Source of the DNA: an uncultured delta proteobacterium
Lineage (GTDB): Bacteria; Myxococcota_A; UBA9160; UBA4427
Direction of reading: 5' to 3'
Assembly (NCBI GenBank): GCA_963822965.1
Contig: CAWGJT010000011.1
Location: 92,039 to 156,038 of the forward strand
Length of the DNA: 64,000 nt
How positions within the stretch are numbered: position 1 is the stretch's first letter; each line of letters begins with the position of its first letter. Of the stretch, positions 28,086-38,127 are shown piece after piece. The translations under genes were made by a program, and so were the position numbers. The notes under the pieces were generated by a model, which was given only the letters and a program-made list of their open reading frames with translations, searched no databases and had not been told where the DNA came from.

Positions 28086-29321
28086 ATGAGCGGAGAATAT
28101 CTGCTCGACGGTATCCGCGTCGTCGAGCTTGCGACCTTCGTGTTCGGCCCGGCCGCCGGCACGATCCTGGGCGACTTCGGCGCCGACGTCGTGCACATCG
28201 AGCATCCGGGGACTGGCGACGCGTATCGCTACCTGCCGCAGCTGAAGCCTCTGCCCGAGTGCGCGGAGAACTACTGCTGGATCCTGACGTCTCGGGGCAA
28301 GAAGTCGATCGCGCTCGACGTGCGCCGCCCGGAGGGTCATGCGGTGGCGATCGATCTCGTGCGGAACGCCGACGTGTTCATCACCAATCTGCATCCGTCG
28401 GTGCTCGAGAAGCTCGGCATGCGCCATGAGGACGTCGCCTCGCTGAACCCGCGGCTGATCTACGCCCATGCGACGGGCTACGGGGATCGCGGCGACGAGG
28501 TCGAGAAGCCCGGCTACGACGCGACGGCGTGGTGGGCCCGCTCCGGCTTGATGGACGTGGTGCGGCCGAGCGGCGGAGAATTCGCCCTGGCGACCGCGGC
28601 GATGGGAGATCACCCGGGCTCGACCGCGCTGTTCGGCGCCATCGCGCTCGCGTTGTTCGATCGTGAGCGCACCGGCAAGGGGCGGCGCGTGCGCACCTCG
28701 CTGCTCGCGAACGGCGCGTGGGCGAACGCGATCCTGCTGCAGGCCGCATTGTGCGGCGGGTCGACCTATTCGGCGCCGGCGCGCTCGAGCTCGATGAACG
28801 CGCTCGTGTGCCCGTACCTCTGTGCGGACGGTCGCGGCTTGTACCTGGCCATGGTGCAGGAGGCGGTCGAGTGGGAGCGCTTCACCGAGGCGATCGGCAG
28901 GCCGGAGCTGCGCGTCGACCCGCGCTTCGAAGAGCTGCCCGCGCGGCGTGCCAATGCGCCGTCCCTGGTGACGCTGCTCGACGAGGTGTTCGCCGGCGAG
29001 CCTCTGGCGTACTGGCGCGAGGCGCTGGATCGGCACGGCGTGACCTTCGGGGTCATCGCGCGCGTCGACGAGCTGCCGGACGATCCGCAGATGAACGCCA
29101 ACGGCGTGTTTCGTCCGGTCGAGGGAGACGACGTGCGACCCGGTCTGCGGACGATCGACAGCCCGCTCCATCTCGACGGTGTGCCGAAGCGTCCCGCGGC
29201 GCGTGCGCCGGCCATCGGGGAGCACGGGCGCGAGGTGCTGGAGTCGCTCGGCTACTCGCGCGAGCGCATCGACGCGCTCGTGCGCGCCGACGTGTTGCGG
29301 GAGCCGGGCTCCGCGGCCTGA
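28086..29321 (+). CDS. CaiB/BaiF family III CoA transferase
   Basis: LDGIRVVEL, DFGADV, GKKSIALD, NPRLIY, PGYD. Confidence 0.92.
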   Translation: MSGEYLLDGIRVVELATFVFGPAAGTILGDFGADVVHIEHPGTGDAYRYLPQLKPLPECAENYCWILTSRGKKSIALDVRRPEGHAVAIDLVRNADVFITNLHPSVLEKLGMRHEDVASLNPRLIYAHATGYGDRGDEVEKPGYDATAWWARSGLMDVVRPSGGEFALATAAMGDHPGSTALFGAIALALFDRERTGKGRRVRTSLLANGAWANAILLQAALCGGSTYSAPARSSSMNALVCPYLCADGRGLYLAMVQEAVEWERFTEAIGRPELRVDPRFEELPARRANAPSLVTLLDEVFAGEPLAYWREALDRHGVTFGVIARVDELPDDPQMNANGVFRPVEGDDVRPGLRTIDSPLHLDGVPKRPAARAPAIGEHGREVLESLGYSRERIDALVRADVLREPGSAA

Positions 29322-29377
29322 AGACGCTTCCATCGCCGCCGACCCGCTAAGCTTCGCGTTCTGCTCGGAGGCTCGCG

Positions 29378-31477
29378 ATGGGCGAACGCTCGGAGGCGCT
29401 GGTCACGGGGGCATCGCGCGGAATCGGCCGCGAGATCGCGCGACTCCTGGCGGAGAACGGCCACGATCTCCACCTGGTCGCGCGGGACCGGGAGGCGCTC
29501 GAATCGGTTGCCGGGGAGCTGCGACGACGGCCGGGCACCCGGATCGAGACGCATGCGATCGACCTCGCCGCGGTCGGTCGAGCGGGAAACGATCGAAGGG
29601 ACGGCGGGCGCTGGAGCGGAACGTCCCGCCGCCGCGCCGCCCTGGCCCTCGTGCTGGCGGGCGCGGCCGCGTGCTCGCGCTCTGATCCGGGCACCCCCCA
29701 GGCGATCCCGGAACCGACGGTGCGGCTCGTCCACACCTTCGAGCGGGCTTCTCCCGCACCGGAGCCCGGCGCGAGCGGGGTCGCGAGCATCGCGAACGAC
29801 ACCCGCCCCGTGCTGCGGGGACATCCCCGGGCGCTGCGCGAGAGCGGCGAAGGGGTGGCCGAGGTCGTGATCCGGACCGACTCCGTCGAGGTGCCGCCGG
29901 ATGCCTACCTCGCGCTGGGATTCGGAATCCTGCCCGAGGCGGAGAGCCGTGGGCCCGTGGAGTTCGCCGTGGAGGGATGCACGGCGGAAGCCTGCGAGGT
30001 GGAGCTGCGGGACGTCGTCGATCCGGCGTCCGACCCGGGGTGGCGGGACCGCCGGCTCCGCCTGGACCCGAGCGGGGGCGAGCGCCGGTCGCTTCGGCTC
30101 ACCGCCCGCTCCCGGGGCGCTCCCTCGCTCCCGGTCTGGGCCCTCCCGAGGCTGTACGCGGCGGCGGCGCGTCCGGCCGGTCGGCGCAGCGTCATCCTCA
30201 TCTCGCTCGACACCCTGCGAGCGGATCACCTGAACGCCTATGGATACGCGCGGCCGACGTCGCCTCGCATGCGCGCGAAGCTCGCTGCCGAGGGCGTGGT
30301 CTTCGATGACCTCGTCGCCGCGGCGACGACGACGGGCCCGTCGCACATGACGATCCTGACCTCGCAACAGCCCTTCGTGCACGGTCTCGGCACGGGGCCG
30401 CGCCCGCGCCTCCGGCTTCCGACCCTGGCGGCGGTCCTCCGGTCGCACGGCTTCGAGACCGGTGCATTCACCGAGGATGCCGCCATCAACTCGCTCCGCG
30501 GCTTCGCGGCGGGCTTCGACGAGTTCTACGAGGACAAGGGCGGGGCCGGGACGCAGCCGAAGGGACAGATCGCCCACACGTTCGCCCGCGGGCTCGCATG
30601 GTGGCGCCGGAACCGGGACAAGCCCTTCTTCCTGTTCCTGCACACCTACCAGACCCACGCCCCCTACCATCCACCCCGGGGCTACGCGCGCCTCGCGAAG
30701 GGCCCGAGCCGCGAGGCCCCGTCGGTCCGATGGCTCTCGGCGCAGATGGAGCTGTACGACGGCGAGATCCGCTACGTGGACGACGAGCTGGTCGGGCTGC
30801 TCGAGACCCTCGAGCGGGAGGGCCTCGAGAACACCGTGGTGGTGGTCACCTCGGACCACGGAGAAGAGTTCGGCGAGCACGGTTTTTGGGGACACGGCGT
30901 GACGCTCCACGGCGAGGTCGTGCGGGTGCCGCTCTTCTTCTGGGGGGCGGGCATCCCGGCCGGCGTGCGGGTGCACGAGTCGGTGGGGCACGTGGACCTG
31001 ATGCCGACCGTGCTCGAGCTGGCGCGTGTGCCCGTTCCGGACGACGTCATGGGACGGAGCCTCGTCCCGCTGTGGACGGGGGGCGAAGGGGCCCTGCGTT
31101 CGCGGCCGCGCTTCACCGAGACGTGGCAGGGCTCGGGGGTGAACGCCGAGGGGAAGCGGGTTCGGGTCGCCGCTCCGGCCTTCTCCGTCCAGCAGGGCGA
31201 TCGCAGGCTCGTCCGCGACGGCGGCCCGAGCCCCGCCGACTACCGCTATCGCTACTACGACCTCGCGACGGATCCCGCCGAGGAGCGCGACCGCTACGAC
31301 CCCGAGGACGAGTCGGTCGCCGCGCTGAAGCGCCTCCTCGACGACTATCCCCGCGCCATGGCCGCCCGCCGCGCCGCGCTCGAGGTCCGCTTCGGGAGCG
31401 CCGAGTCGGACGAAGCCCCCCCACTCGACGCCGAGCAGATCCGCAAGCTCCGCGCCCTCGGCTACGTCGTCGAGTGA
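29378..31477 (+). CDS. Sulfatase-like hydrolase with in-frame N-terminal SDR fragment
   Basis: ALVTGASRGIG (~65 aa), then lipobox-like LAGAAAC, ISLDTLRADHL, TGPSHMT, SDHGEEF, LRALGY. Confidence 0.8.
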   Translation: MGERSEALVTGASRGIGREIARLLAENGHDLHLVARDREALESVAGELRRRPGTRIETHAIDLAAVGRAGNDRRDGGRWSGTSRRRAALALVLAGAAACSRSDPGTPQAIPEPTVRLVHTFERASPAPEPGASGVASIANDTRPVLRGHPRALRESGEGVAEVVIRTDSVEVPPDAYLALGFGILPEAESRGPVEFAVEGCTAEACEVELRDVVDPASDPGWRDRRLRLDPSGGERRSLRLTARSRGAPSLPVWALPRLYAAAARPAGRRSVILISLDTLRADHLNAYGYARPTSPRMRAKLAAEGVVFDDLVAAATTTGPSHMTILTSQQPFVHGLGTGPRPRLRLPTLAAVLRSHGFETGAFTEDAAINSLRGFAAGFDEFYEDKGGAGTQPKGQIAHTFARGLAWWRRNRDKPFFLFLHTYQTHAPYHPPRGYARLAKGPSREAPSVRWLSAQMELYDGEIRYVDDELVGLLETLEREGLENTVVVVTSDHGEEFGEHGFWGHGVTLHGEVVRVPLFFWGAGIPAGVRVHESVGHVDLMPTVLELARVPVPDDVMGRSLVPLWTGGEGALRSRPRFTETWQGSGVNAEGKRVRVAAPAFSVQQGDRRLVRDGGPSPADYRYRYYDLATDPAEERDRYDPEDESVAALKRLLDDYPRAMAARRAALEVRFGSAESDEAPPLDAEQIRKLRALGYVVE

Positions 31478-31510
31478 CGGCCGCCCGGCTAGAGTCCGCC
31501 CGAGGAAGGC

Positions 31511-32596
31511 ATGCTGCGCGTATTCGGATCACGGATCTCCTACTACACGGGCAAGCTCGAGACCTATCTCCGCTTCCGATCGATCGACTACGAGCTGCTC
31601 CCGACCGTGGCGCACGACGCCGAGATCCGGGCCGGCGCAGGCACGGTCCAGATGCCCGTCGTCCGGCTCGAGGACGGGCGCTGGATGTCCGATTCGACGC
31701 CGATCCTCGCCTGGCTCGAGGCGCAGCAGGACGCGCCGTCGATCTACCCGCGCGAGCCCGCGATGCGCTTCGTCGCGCTCCTTCTGGAGGACTACGCCGA
31801 CGAGTGGCTCTGGCGGCCCGCGATGCACTACCGCTGGAGTCATCTCCAGGATCGCCAACACGCGAGCGGCGTGCTGGCCGACGAGCTGCTCGCCGAACGG
31901 CGCATTCCGCGCGCCGTCAAACGCTTCCTGCTCACCCGGCGACAGCTCCGTGGCTTCGTCGAGGGCGACGGCGTCACCGATTCCACTCGGGCCCACGTCG
32001 AGCAGGCGTACGGGAACGCGCTCGACCGGCTCGAGACCCTCTTCGCGCAGCGGCGATTCCTGCTCGGCGATTCGCCGACCATCGCCGACTTCGGATTCAT
32101 GGGACCGATGCTTCGGCATTTCGGGCAGGACCCCACGCCCGCGGAGATCATGCGGTCTCGCGCGCCGGGCGTCTACGAATGGGTCGCACGGATGTGGAAC
32201 AGCCGGGCCAGGGGGACGGCCCCGGAGATTCTCGCGAAGGTCGACACGTCCCTTGCGGAGCTCCTCGTCGAGGCCTGCGAGACCCACCTGGTGCAGCTGC
32301 GCGAGAACGCCCTCGCGTACGACCGCGGACACGCCCGCTACGGCCAGGAGATCCAGGGCTGTCGATACGCACGGGTTCCGACCTCGCGTTACCGGGTCTG
32401 GTGTCTCGAAGAGCTGCGCAGGGAATGGCGAAAGCTCGATGCGGGAGATCGCGAGGACCTTCGGCGGGTGCTCCCGGAGCCCGAGGCCGCCGTGCTCTGG
32501 GAGGAGCCCTTTCCCGCGGCATCGGGCTACGATCCGGAGCGTCGCGCACCGTTCAACCGCGCCATCAACGTCTTCGGGACGGGCGTGCCGCGTTGA
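31511..32596 (+). CDS. Glutathione S-transferase-like protein
   Basis: SYYTGK, QMPVV, DSTPI, FLLGDSPTIADF. Confidence 0.85.
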   Translation: MLRVFGSRISYYTGKLETYLRFRSIDYELLPTVAHDAEIRAGAGTVQMPVVRLEDGRWMSDSTPILAWLEAQQDAPSIYPREPAMRFVALLLEDYADEWLWRPAMHYRWSHLQDRQHASGVLADELLAERRIPRAVKRFLLTRRQLRGFVEGDGVTDSTRAHVEQAYGNALDRLETLFAQRRFLLGDSPTIADFGFMGPMLRHFGQDPTPAEIMRSRAPGVYEWVARMWNSRARGTAPEILAKVDTSLAELLVEACETHLVQLRENALAYDRGHARYGQEIQGCRYARVPTSRYRVWCLEELRREWRKLDAGDREDLRRVLPEPEAAVLWEEPFPAASGYDPERRAPFNRAINVFGTGVPR

Positions 32597-32665
32597 CCGG
32601 GGCGCTGCGAGAGGGGCGAGGTTCTGGATCTCCCGCTTGGAAGCGGCGAGGACGACGGGGGCCTG

Positions 32666-33064
32666 ATGCCGATCTCCTACCAGATCGACCCGAAGCGCCG
32701 GCTGGTCATCTCCCGCCCCCACGGCGTCGTTCGGGACGCGGACATGATCGCCCACCAGGAGGCACTGGCGGCCGATCCCGACTTCGATCCCACGTTCGAC
32801 CAGCTGATCGAGCCCGACGGCGTCACGGTGTTCGAGGCGAGCACCGCGACGTACCGGCGCCTGGCCTCGAGCTCTCCCTTCCGGGCGGGCTCCCGCCGTG
32901 CCGTCGTCGCCCCCACCGAGATGGGATACGGGCTCTCCCGGATGTTCGAGATGCGGACCGAATCCACCGGCAACCGGGTGCGCGTCTTCCGCACGGCCGA
33001 GGAGGCGCGCCGCTGGCTCTTCGACTCCGAGCCCGAGCCCGAGCCCGAGCCCGGGCGCCGTTGA
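32666..33064 (+). CDS. Hypothetical SpoIIAA/STAS-like protein
   Basis: MPISYQID, RAVVA, YGLSRMF, VFRTAEEARRWL. Confidence 0.65.
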   Translation: MPISYQIDPKRRLVISRPHGVVRDADMIAHQEALAADPDFDPTFDQLIEPDGVTVFEASTATYRRLASSSPFRAGSRRAVVAPTEMGYGLSRMFEMRTESTGNRVRVFRTAEEARRWLFDSEPEPEPEPGRR

Positions 33065-33094
33065 GCCTCGAGCCGGCCCCTGGGAGCGAGGTCG

Positions 33095-34489
33095 TCAGTC
33101 GCCCACGTCGGACCTGGCCGCATCGACGACGATCGTGACGAAGTCGCGGAGCCCGATGTATCCGTGCAGCAGGTCCTGGAAGGCCGACTTCCAGACGCGG
33201 ATCACGTAGTCCCCGTGGCGGGGATACAGCTCGTCGAGGATCGCCTGGTCGAAGGGCACATGGCTGCCGAAGAGGAGGCAGAACGAAGGGCCGCCGTTCT
33301 GTCCCGTATTGAGGGCGATGGGCGCCGCCACGTCCGGGTGCCGGATGCCGCCCTTCGCCAGCCCGAGGTCGTCGCGCGCGATCGTCGTGGGCGGCGTGGG
33401 GTCCACGGTCTCGATGGGCGGCGCGGTGGGGGGCGGCGTCCCGCGCTTCACCCAGCGCACCAGCAGGTCGTGCGCCTGGGAGACCACATGGTAGAAGCGC
33501 ACCTCGCTCCCCTCCGGCGCGTCGCACAGCCCGGGCGGCGTGGTGGGAATCGAGTCGCGGCTGGCGTTGGCCAGGACGCCGTCCAGGAAGGCGCGGTCGG
33601 CGTGGGCCGCGCCGGCGACCTGCCAGGTGCGGTGGATGTCGCTGTCCGCCTGGAAGGACCCGAAGCCCGAGGCGGCGAAGGCGGCCTCGGTCTCGCTCTG
33701 CACCTTGAAGACCGGCACGCCGAGATCGGTGCGAACGGTGCTCCCGCCCACGAGCAGCAGGAAGCCGTCGAAGACACCGGCGAGCGGCTGGATCGAGTTG
33801 TAGTAGGTCGTGAGGCGCGACGCGGACTGGGACGCTCCGCTGGCCAGGATCCGCTTGCGGTGGAATCCGGGCAGCGGGTCCACGCCGACCGGGTGCAGGA
33901 TGGCCTGCGCGGCCTGGGAGAAGATGTCGTAGGAGAGCTCGTCGGCCACGAGCGTTCCGCCGTCGGTCACGTCGAGGCTGCCGTAGCGCACGGGGCTCCA
34001 GTCCCGGAGGCCGGTGCCGGGCTGGTGCACGCCAACGCGCTGCGCCGAGACCCCCACCCACGCGTAGCCCTCGCGCATGAAGTGCTCGGCGTTGCCGCCC
34101 ACCCAGCTCGCGTCGATGTCGTAGCCCGCGGTGACGTTCTGCCACTCGAGGATCACGGTTCCGTTGAACCGGTGCGGGTTCTTCGGCCTCCGCACCACGA
34201 GGCGGGTCCGGTAGGGGTGACCGCTCGTCGCAACCGTGGCGGTCGCGAGGGGCGGCGTGACGTAGGTGTTCGCCGTGCCCTCGAGGAAGAACTCCTCTTC
34301 GACGTAGCCGAAGTCGCCGACGCTCTGATCGGTGAAGAAGGTGTAGTCGTGCGAGGGGTCTCCGGGCGGGGCGTTCTGCGGAATCGGGCCGGTGAGCGTC
34401 GGATCGGGCACCGCTGCGCGGGCGGACCCGAACGAAGACAGGGTGATCGCGAGCAATGTCGAGAACGCGAGGGCGGGGATCCTCATCAT
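33095..34489 (-). CDS. Secreted alpha/beta-hydrolase-domain protein
   Basis: Signal peptide, YVEEEFF, FNGTVILEWQNV, GASQSA, GAAH. Confidence 0.8.
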   Translation of the reverse strand: MMRIPALAFSTLLAITLSSFGSARAAVPDPTLTGPIPQNAPPGDPSHDYTFFTDQSVGDFGYVEEEFFLEGTANTYVTPPLATATVATSGHPYRTRLVVRRPKNPHRFNGTVILEWQNVTAGYDIDASWVGGNAEHFMREGYAWVGVSAQRVGVHQPGTGLRDWSPVRYGSLDVTDGGTLVADELSYDIFSQAAQAILHPVGVDPLPGFHRKRILASGASQSASRLTTYYNSIQPLAGVFDGFLLLVGGSTVRTDLGVPVFKVQSETEAAFAASGFGSFQADSDIHRTWQVAGAAHADRAFLDGVLANASRDSIPTTPPGLCDAPEGSEVRFYHVVSQAHDLLVRWVKRGTPPPTAPPIETVDPTPPTTIARDDLGLAKGGIRHPDVAAPIALNTGQNGGPSFCLLFGSHVPFDQAILDELYPRHGDYVIRVWKSAFQDLLHGYIGLRDFVTIVVDAARSDVGD

Positions 34490-34707
34490 GGGGGGCTCCT
34501 CGAGGCTGGGAGTGGATGCCGCGTGCCGCCGCGGCTCGGCCAACCTACGGGCGGGAGCGACGCTTCCGCTTGTACGCATTTGCGCCCGTCGGCTTGACGC
34601 GGTGCGTCGACCGGCTCCTGATACACTGGGTCTCTACCCCGGGGCTGGCTCCAACCCGGGCCTCTGCGAGGGAAGACAGGGAGAAGACGGAGAATCGGAG
34701 GCGAATC

Positions 34708-35565
34708 GTGTCGCTCTCCACGGGTCGACGAGCCGAGCATCCGGAGACAGGCACTGCGCCCAGCAGGACGACCGCTCGCGTTGCCGCCTACGGGGTGCTG
34801 GTGGCGGTCGCGAAGGACCAGCTCTACTGGTTCGGCGGCGATGGCTTCATCTTCACGAGCCCCTGGGTGGTGACTCCGAGCACGGTGCGGCATCCGGCCG
34901 TCGTGCTGCTGACCGCGAGCGGAAGGCCCTTCGACCTGACCGTGAACGGCGAGACGCTGCGAACCCGGGCCGTCGCCATCGCCCCCCATGTTCACCGCGG
35001 GCTCCGCGCTGTCGACGTCGGGCTGGTGAGCGTCCACGTGGAGGTCCATCACCCCTGCTACGGGGACTTTCGCGCCATCGGCGCGCCGGGCGTCCAGCGC
35101 CTCGACCGCGGGACCTTCCGGCCGCTCGACGCGGTGCTGCGCGGCGCCTATGAGGGTCTCCTCGGGCACCGCGACGCGCGCCAGCTCTTCGACGCGCTGG
35201 TCGCGACCGCCCTGGCGCAGCTCCCTCGTGGCGTGCACCCCGACGCGCGAGCGGATCGGCTGCGCGCCTTCGTGCGCGATCATCCGACGTGCTCTCTCGC
35301 CGACGTCGCGCGCGAATGCAACGTCTCCTACGCGCACGCCTCTCGGTTGTTCTCGCGCGCCGTGGGCATGCCGCTTCGCCCCTACCAGCACTGGCTCAAG
35401 TGCATGGAGGCCGTGCGCTGGTTCGGCGGGGACCTCCCGTGGACGCGGGTCGCCCACGAGGCGGGCTTCAGCGACTCGTCGCACCTGGCTCACACCTGGC
35501 AGCGGGGCTACGGACTCTCTCCGTCCTATCTTCGCGACACCCGGCACGTGCGTGTGGTGGACTGA
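34708..35565 (+). CDS. AraC-family regulator
   Basis: C-terminal HTH: SLADVARE, VAHEAGFSDSSHL, GLSPS. Confidence 0.85.
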   Translation: MSLSTGRRAEHPETGTAPSRTTARVAAYGVLVAVAKDQLYWFGGDGFIFTSPWVVTPSTVRHPAVVLLTASGRPFDLTVNGETLRTRAVAIAPHVHRGLRAVDVGLVSVHVEVHHPCYGDFRAIGAPGVQRLDRGTFRPLDAVLRGAYEGLLGHRDARQLFDALVATALAQLPRGVHPDARADRLRAFVRDHPTCSLADVARECNVSYAHASRLFSRAVGMPLRPYQHWLKCMEAVRWFGGDLPWTRVAHEAGFSDSSHLAHTWQRGYGLSPSYLRDTRHVRVVD

Positions 35566-35673
35566 GGGTGCGATCCACTAGACTCGGGCGCCCCGTCCTC
35601 CGAGAGGGCGACCCGTCGGTCGGGCGTCCATCGCGGACCCACTCATCGGAATCACTCAGGAGAAGCCTCCCCC

Positions 35674-36852
35674 ATGCGCGAAGCCGTCATCGTCTCGACC
35701 GCCCGGACCGGGCTCGCCAAGAGCCACCGCGGTGGCTTCAACAACACGGGCACGCCGTCGATGGCGGGGCACGCCATCAAGCACGCGATCCAGCGCGCGG
35801 GCATCGAGCCCGGCGAGGTCAGCGAGGTCGTCCTGGGCGTGGGTGGGCCCCACGGCACCAGCGGCAACAACGTGGGGCGCGTCGCCGCGATCGTGGCGGG
35901 CTGCCCGGTCACGACGACGGGCTTCGTCGTGAGCCGCCACTGCTCGAGCGGGCTGAACGCCATCGCCACCGCAGCCGGTCGCATCATCGTCGACGGCGAG
36001 GACATCGTGGTGGGCGGCGGGGCCGAGTCGATCACGTTCACGATGGGCACCGGCTTCCTGGACAAGGTCGACAAGCCGCTCCACCAGCAGTACCCGGCCC
36101 TCTGGATGCCGATGATCGAGACCGCCGACATCGTGGCCGAGCGCTACAAGATCAGCCGCGAGTACCAGGACGAGTACTCGCTGCAGAGCCAGCAGCGCAC
36201 CGCGGCCGCCCAGGACAACGGCCTCTTCGACGACGAGATCGTACCGATGGACACGATCATGAAGATGACCGATAAGGCGACCGGCGAGGAGAGCTTCGTC
36301 GACTACACGGTCACGAAGGACGAGTGCAACCGTCCGGGCACCACCCTCGAGGGGCTCGCCAAGCTGCAGCCCGTGAGGGGAGACGGCAACTACATCACGG
36401 CGGGAAACGCCTCGCAGCTGAGCGACGGCGCCGCCGCCGTCGTGATGATGGAGGCAAAGGAGGCAGAGCGCCGCGGCCTCGAGCCCCTGGGCGCCTTCCG
36501 GGGCTTCGCGGTCGGCGGCTGTGAGGCCGACGAGATGGGCATCGGCCCCGTCGTGGCCGTGCCGCGCCTGCTCGACCGCATGGGCATGAAGGTCGACGAC
36601 ATCGACCTCTGGGAGCTGAACGAGGCCTTCGCCAGCCAGTGCCTCTACTGCCGGGATCAGCTGGGCATCGATCCGGAGAAGTACAACGTGAACGGCGGCT
36701 CGATCTCGATCGGCCACCCCTTCGGCATGACCGGCGCGCGCTGCACCGGACACATCCTGCTCGAGGGACGCCGGCGCAAGGCGAAGTGGGGCGTCGTCAC
36801 GATGTGCATCGGCGGCGGACAGGGCGCCGCGGGGCTCTTCGAGATCTTCTGA
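35674..36852 (+). CDS. Acetyl-CoA C-acyltransferase (thiolase)
   Basis: CSSGL, NEAF, GHPFG, CIGGGQG. Confidence 0.96.
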   Translation: MREAVIVSTARTGLAKSHRGGFNNTGTPSMAGHAIKHAIQRAGIEPGEVSEVVLGVGGPHGTSGNNVGRVAAIVAGCPVTTTGFVVSRHCSSGLNAIATAAGRIIVDGEDIVVGGGAESITFTMGTGFLDKVDKPLHQQYPALWMPMIETADIVAERYKISREYQDEYSLQSQQRTAAAQDNGLFDDEIVPMDTIMKMTDKATGEESFVDYTVTKDECNRPGTTLEGLAKLQPVRGDGNYITAGNASQLSDGAAAVVMMEAKEAERRGLEPLGAFRGFAVGGCEADEMGIGPVVAVPRLLDRMGMKVDDIDLWELNEAFASQCLYCRDQLGIDPEKYNVNGGSISIGHPFGMTGARCTGHILLEGRRRKAKWGVVTMCIGGGQGAAGLFEIF

Positions 36853-36982
36853 GCACCCGGCGCGATCCGGCGGAGCCGGTGGAGTCATGGCGCCCGTCCC
36901 GGGACCCGGGACGGGCGCTGATCTCGAGGCTGGCGCGCCGTCTCCCCGAACCGCATGGGGACGGCCCGCTCGATGGCCGAGA

Positions 36983-38002
36983 TCAGACGGCGCCGTACTG
37001 GATCAGGGTCGCCGCGCTCGCGCGGATCGCGTCGTCGGCGCCCAGGAGGTCGCGGCCGAGGAGCTTGCGGACCTTCTCCGAGGACAGGATGCGCCGCTTG
37101 TGGAGCTCCGACGCGATGGTCTTCACGTCGCCGCTCACGAGCGCCAGGGCGTGCACGAGGAGGTCGGGCATGCCGCGGCTCGGGATCTTCTTGCGGTCGG
37201 GATACGCGGCGCGCAGCACGCCCGCGATGTCGCGCATCCAGCGGAACTCATCGGCCACGATGTAGCGCTCGCCGACGGCGGCGGGGTCGTTCATGGCGGC
37301 GATGTGGGCAGCGGAGACGTCGCGCACGTCGACGATCTGGATGCCGGCGTTCGGTAGCAGCGGCAGCCGCCCGTCGAGCATCCGGGCGATGATGTCCACC
37401 GAGGTCTTGACCTGCGTGCTGCGGATCGGGCCGAACACGCCGACGGGATTGATCGCCGTGAGCGCGATCCCCTCTCCTTCACCGGCGACGTAGTCCCAGG
37501 CGGCGCGCTCGGCGATCGTCTTGGAGGCGATGTAGGGGCGGCAGTCCGGGGTGTAGCTCGTGTCGGTCCAGTCGGCCTCGGTGAACCGCGCGGGCAGCGG
37601 GCCCCTGCGGCCGTAGGCGATGGCGGCGCCCGAAGAGGTCAGCACGACGCGGCTCACGCCGGCGGCCTTCGCCGCCCGCAGCACGCGGAGCGCGCCGTCG
37701 CGTGCCGGGCGGATCAGCTCGTCGGGGTCCTTCGGCACGGCCATGGGGAAGGGGGAGGCGAGGTGGTGGATGACGTCGACGCCCGCGACGGCGTCCGCCC
37801 AGCCGGCGTCGCTCTCGAGGTCGGCGATGACGAGCTCGATCTCGGAGGCCCGGGCACTGTGGGGGGCGAGGGCGGCCTTCAGGGCGTCGCCCTTGCCGGC
37901 GGAGCGGACGGTGCCACGGACGGTGTGGCCCTGCTCGAGGAGGTCGAGGATGAGCTGCTGGGCGATGAAGCCCGAGGCGCCGGTGACGAGGGTCCTGGCC
38001 AT
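36983..38002 (-). CDS. NAD-dependent epimerase/aldehyde-reductase-like protein
   Basis: TGASGFIA, HLASP, YIASK, VDVRDV. Confidence 0.9.
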   Translation of the reverse strand: MARTLVTGASGFIAQQLILDLLEQGHTVRGTVRSAGKGDALKAALAPHSARASEIELVIADLESDAGWADAVAGVDVIHHLASPFPMAVPKDPDELIRPARDGALRVLRAAKAAGVSRVVLTSSGAAIAYGRRGPLPARFTEADWTDTSYTPDCRPYIASKTIAERAAWDYVAGEGEGIALTAINPVGVFGPIRSTQVKTSVDIIARMLDGRLPLLPNAGIQIVDVRDVSAAHIAAMNDPAAVGERYIVADEFRWMRDIAGVLRAAYPDRKKIPSRGMPDLLVHALALVSGDVKTIASELHKRRILSSEKVRKLLGRDLLGADDAIRASAATLIQYGAV

Positions 38003-38043
38003 GGGGTTCTCCTGGGTGGTGGGCTGTGATCGAGGATCGAGTG

Positions 38044-38087
38044 CAACCGACCGTCGGTCATTTATATAAATGACCGACGGTTGGTTG
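38044..38087. promoter_or_regulatory. 44-bp palindrome, probable double TetR operator
   Basis: CAACCGACCGTCGGTCATTTAT|ATAAATGACCGACGGTTGGTTG, one mismatch, between divergent genes. Confidence 0.75.
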
Positions 38088-38127
38088 TCAACCTCGGCCG
38101 GCGAGGGGATACTGGGGCCGGAGACCC

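Noticed and set aside
33029..33052. GAGCCC tandem repeat as a phase-variation tract
   Set aside because: Hexamer unit is in frame and only encodes a C-terminal EPEPEP tail.
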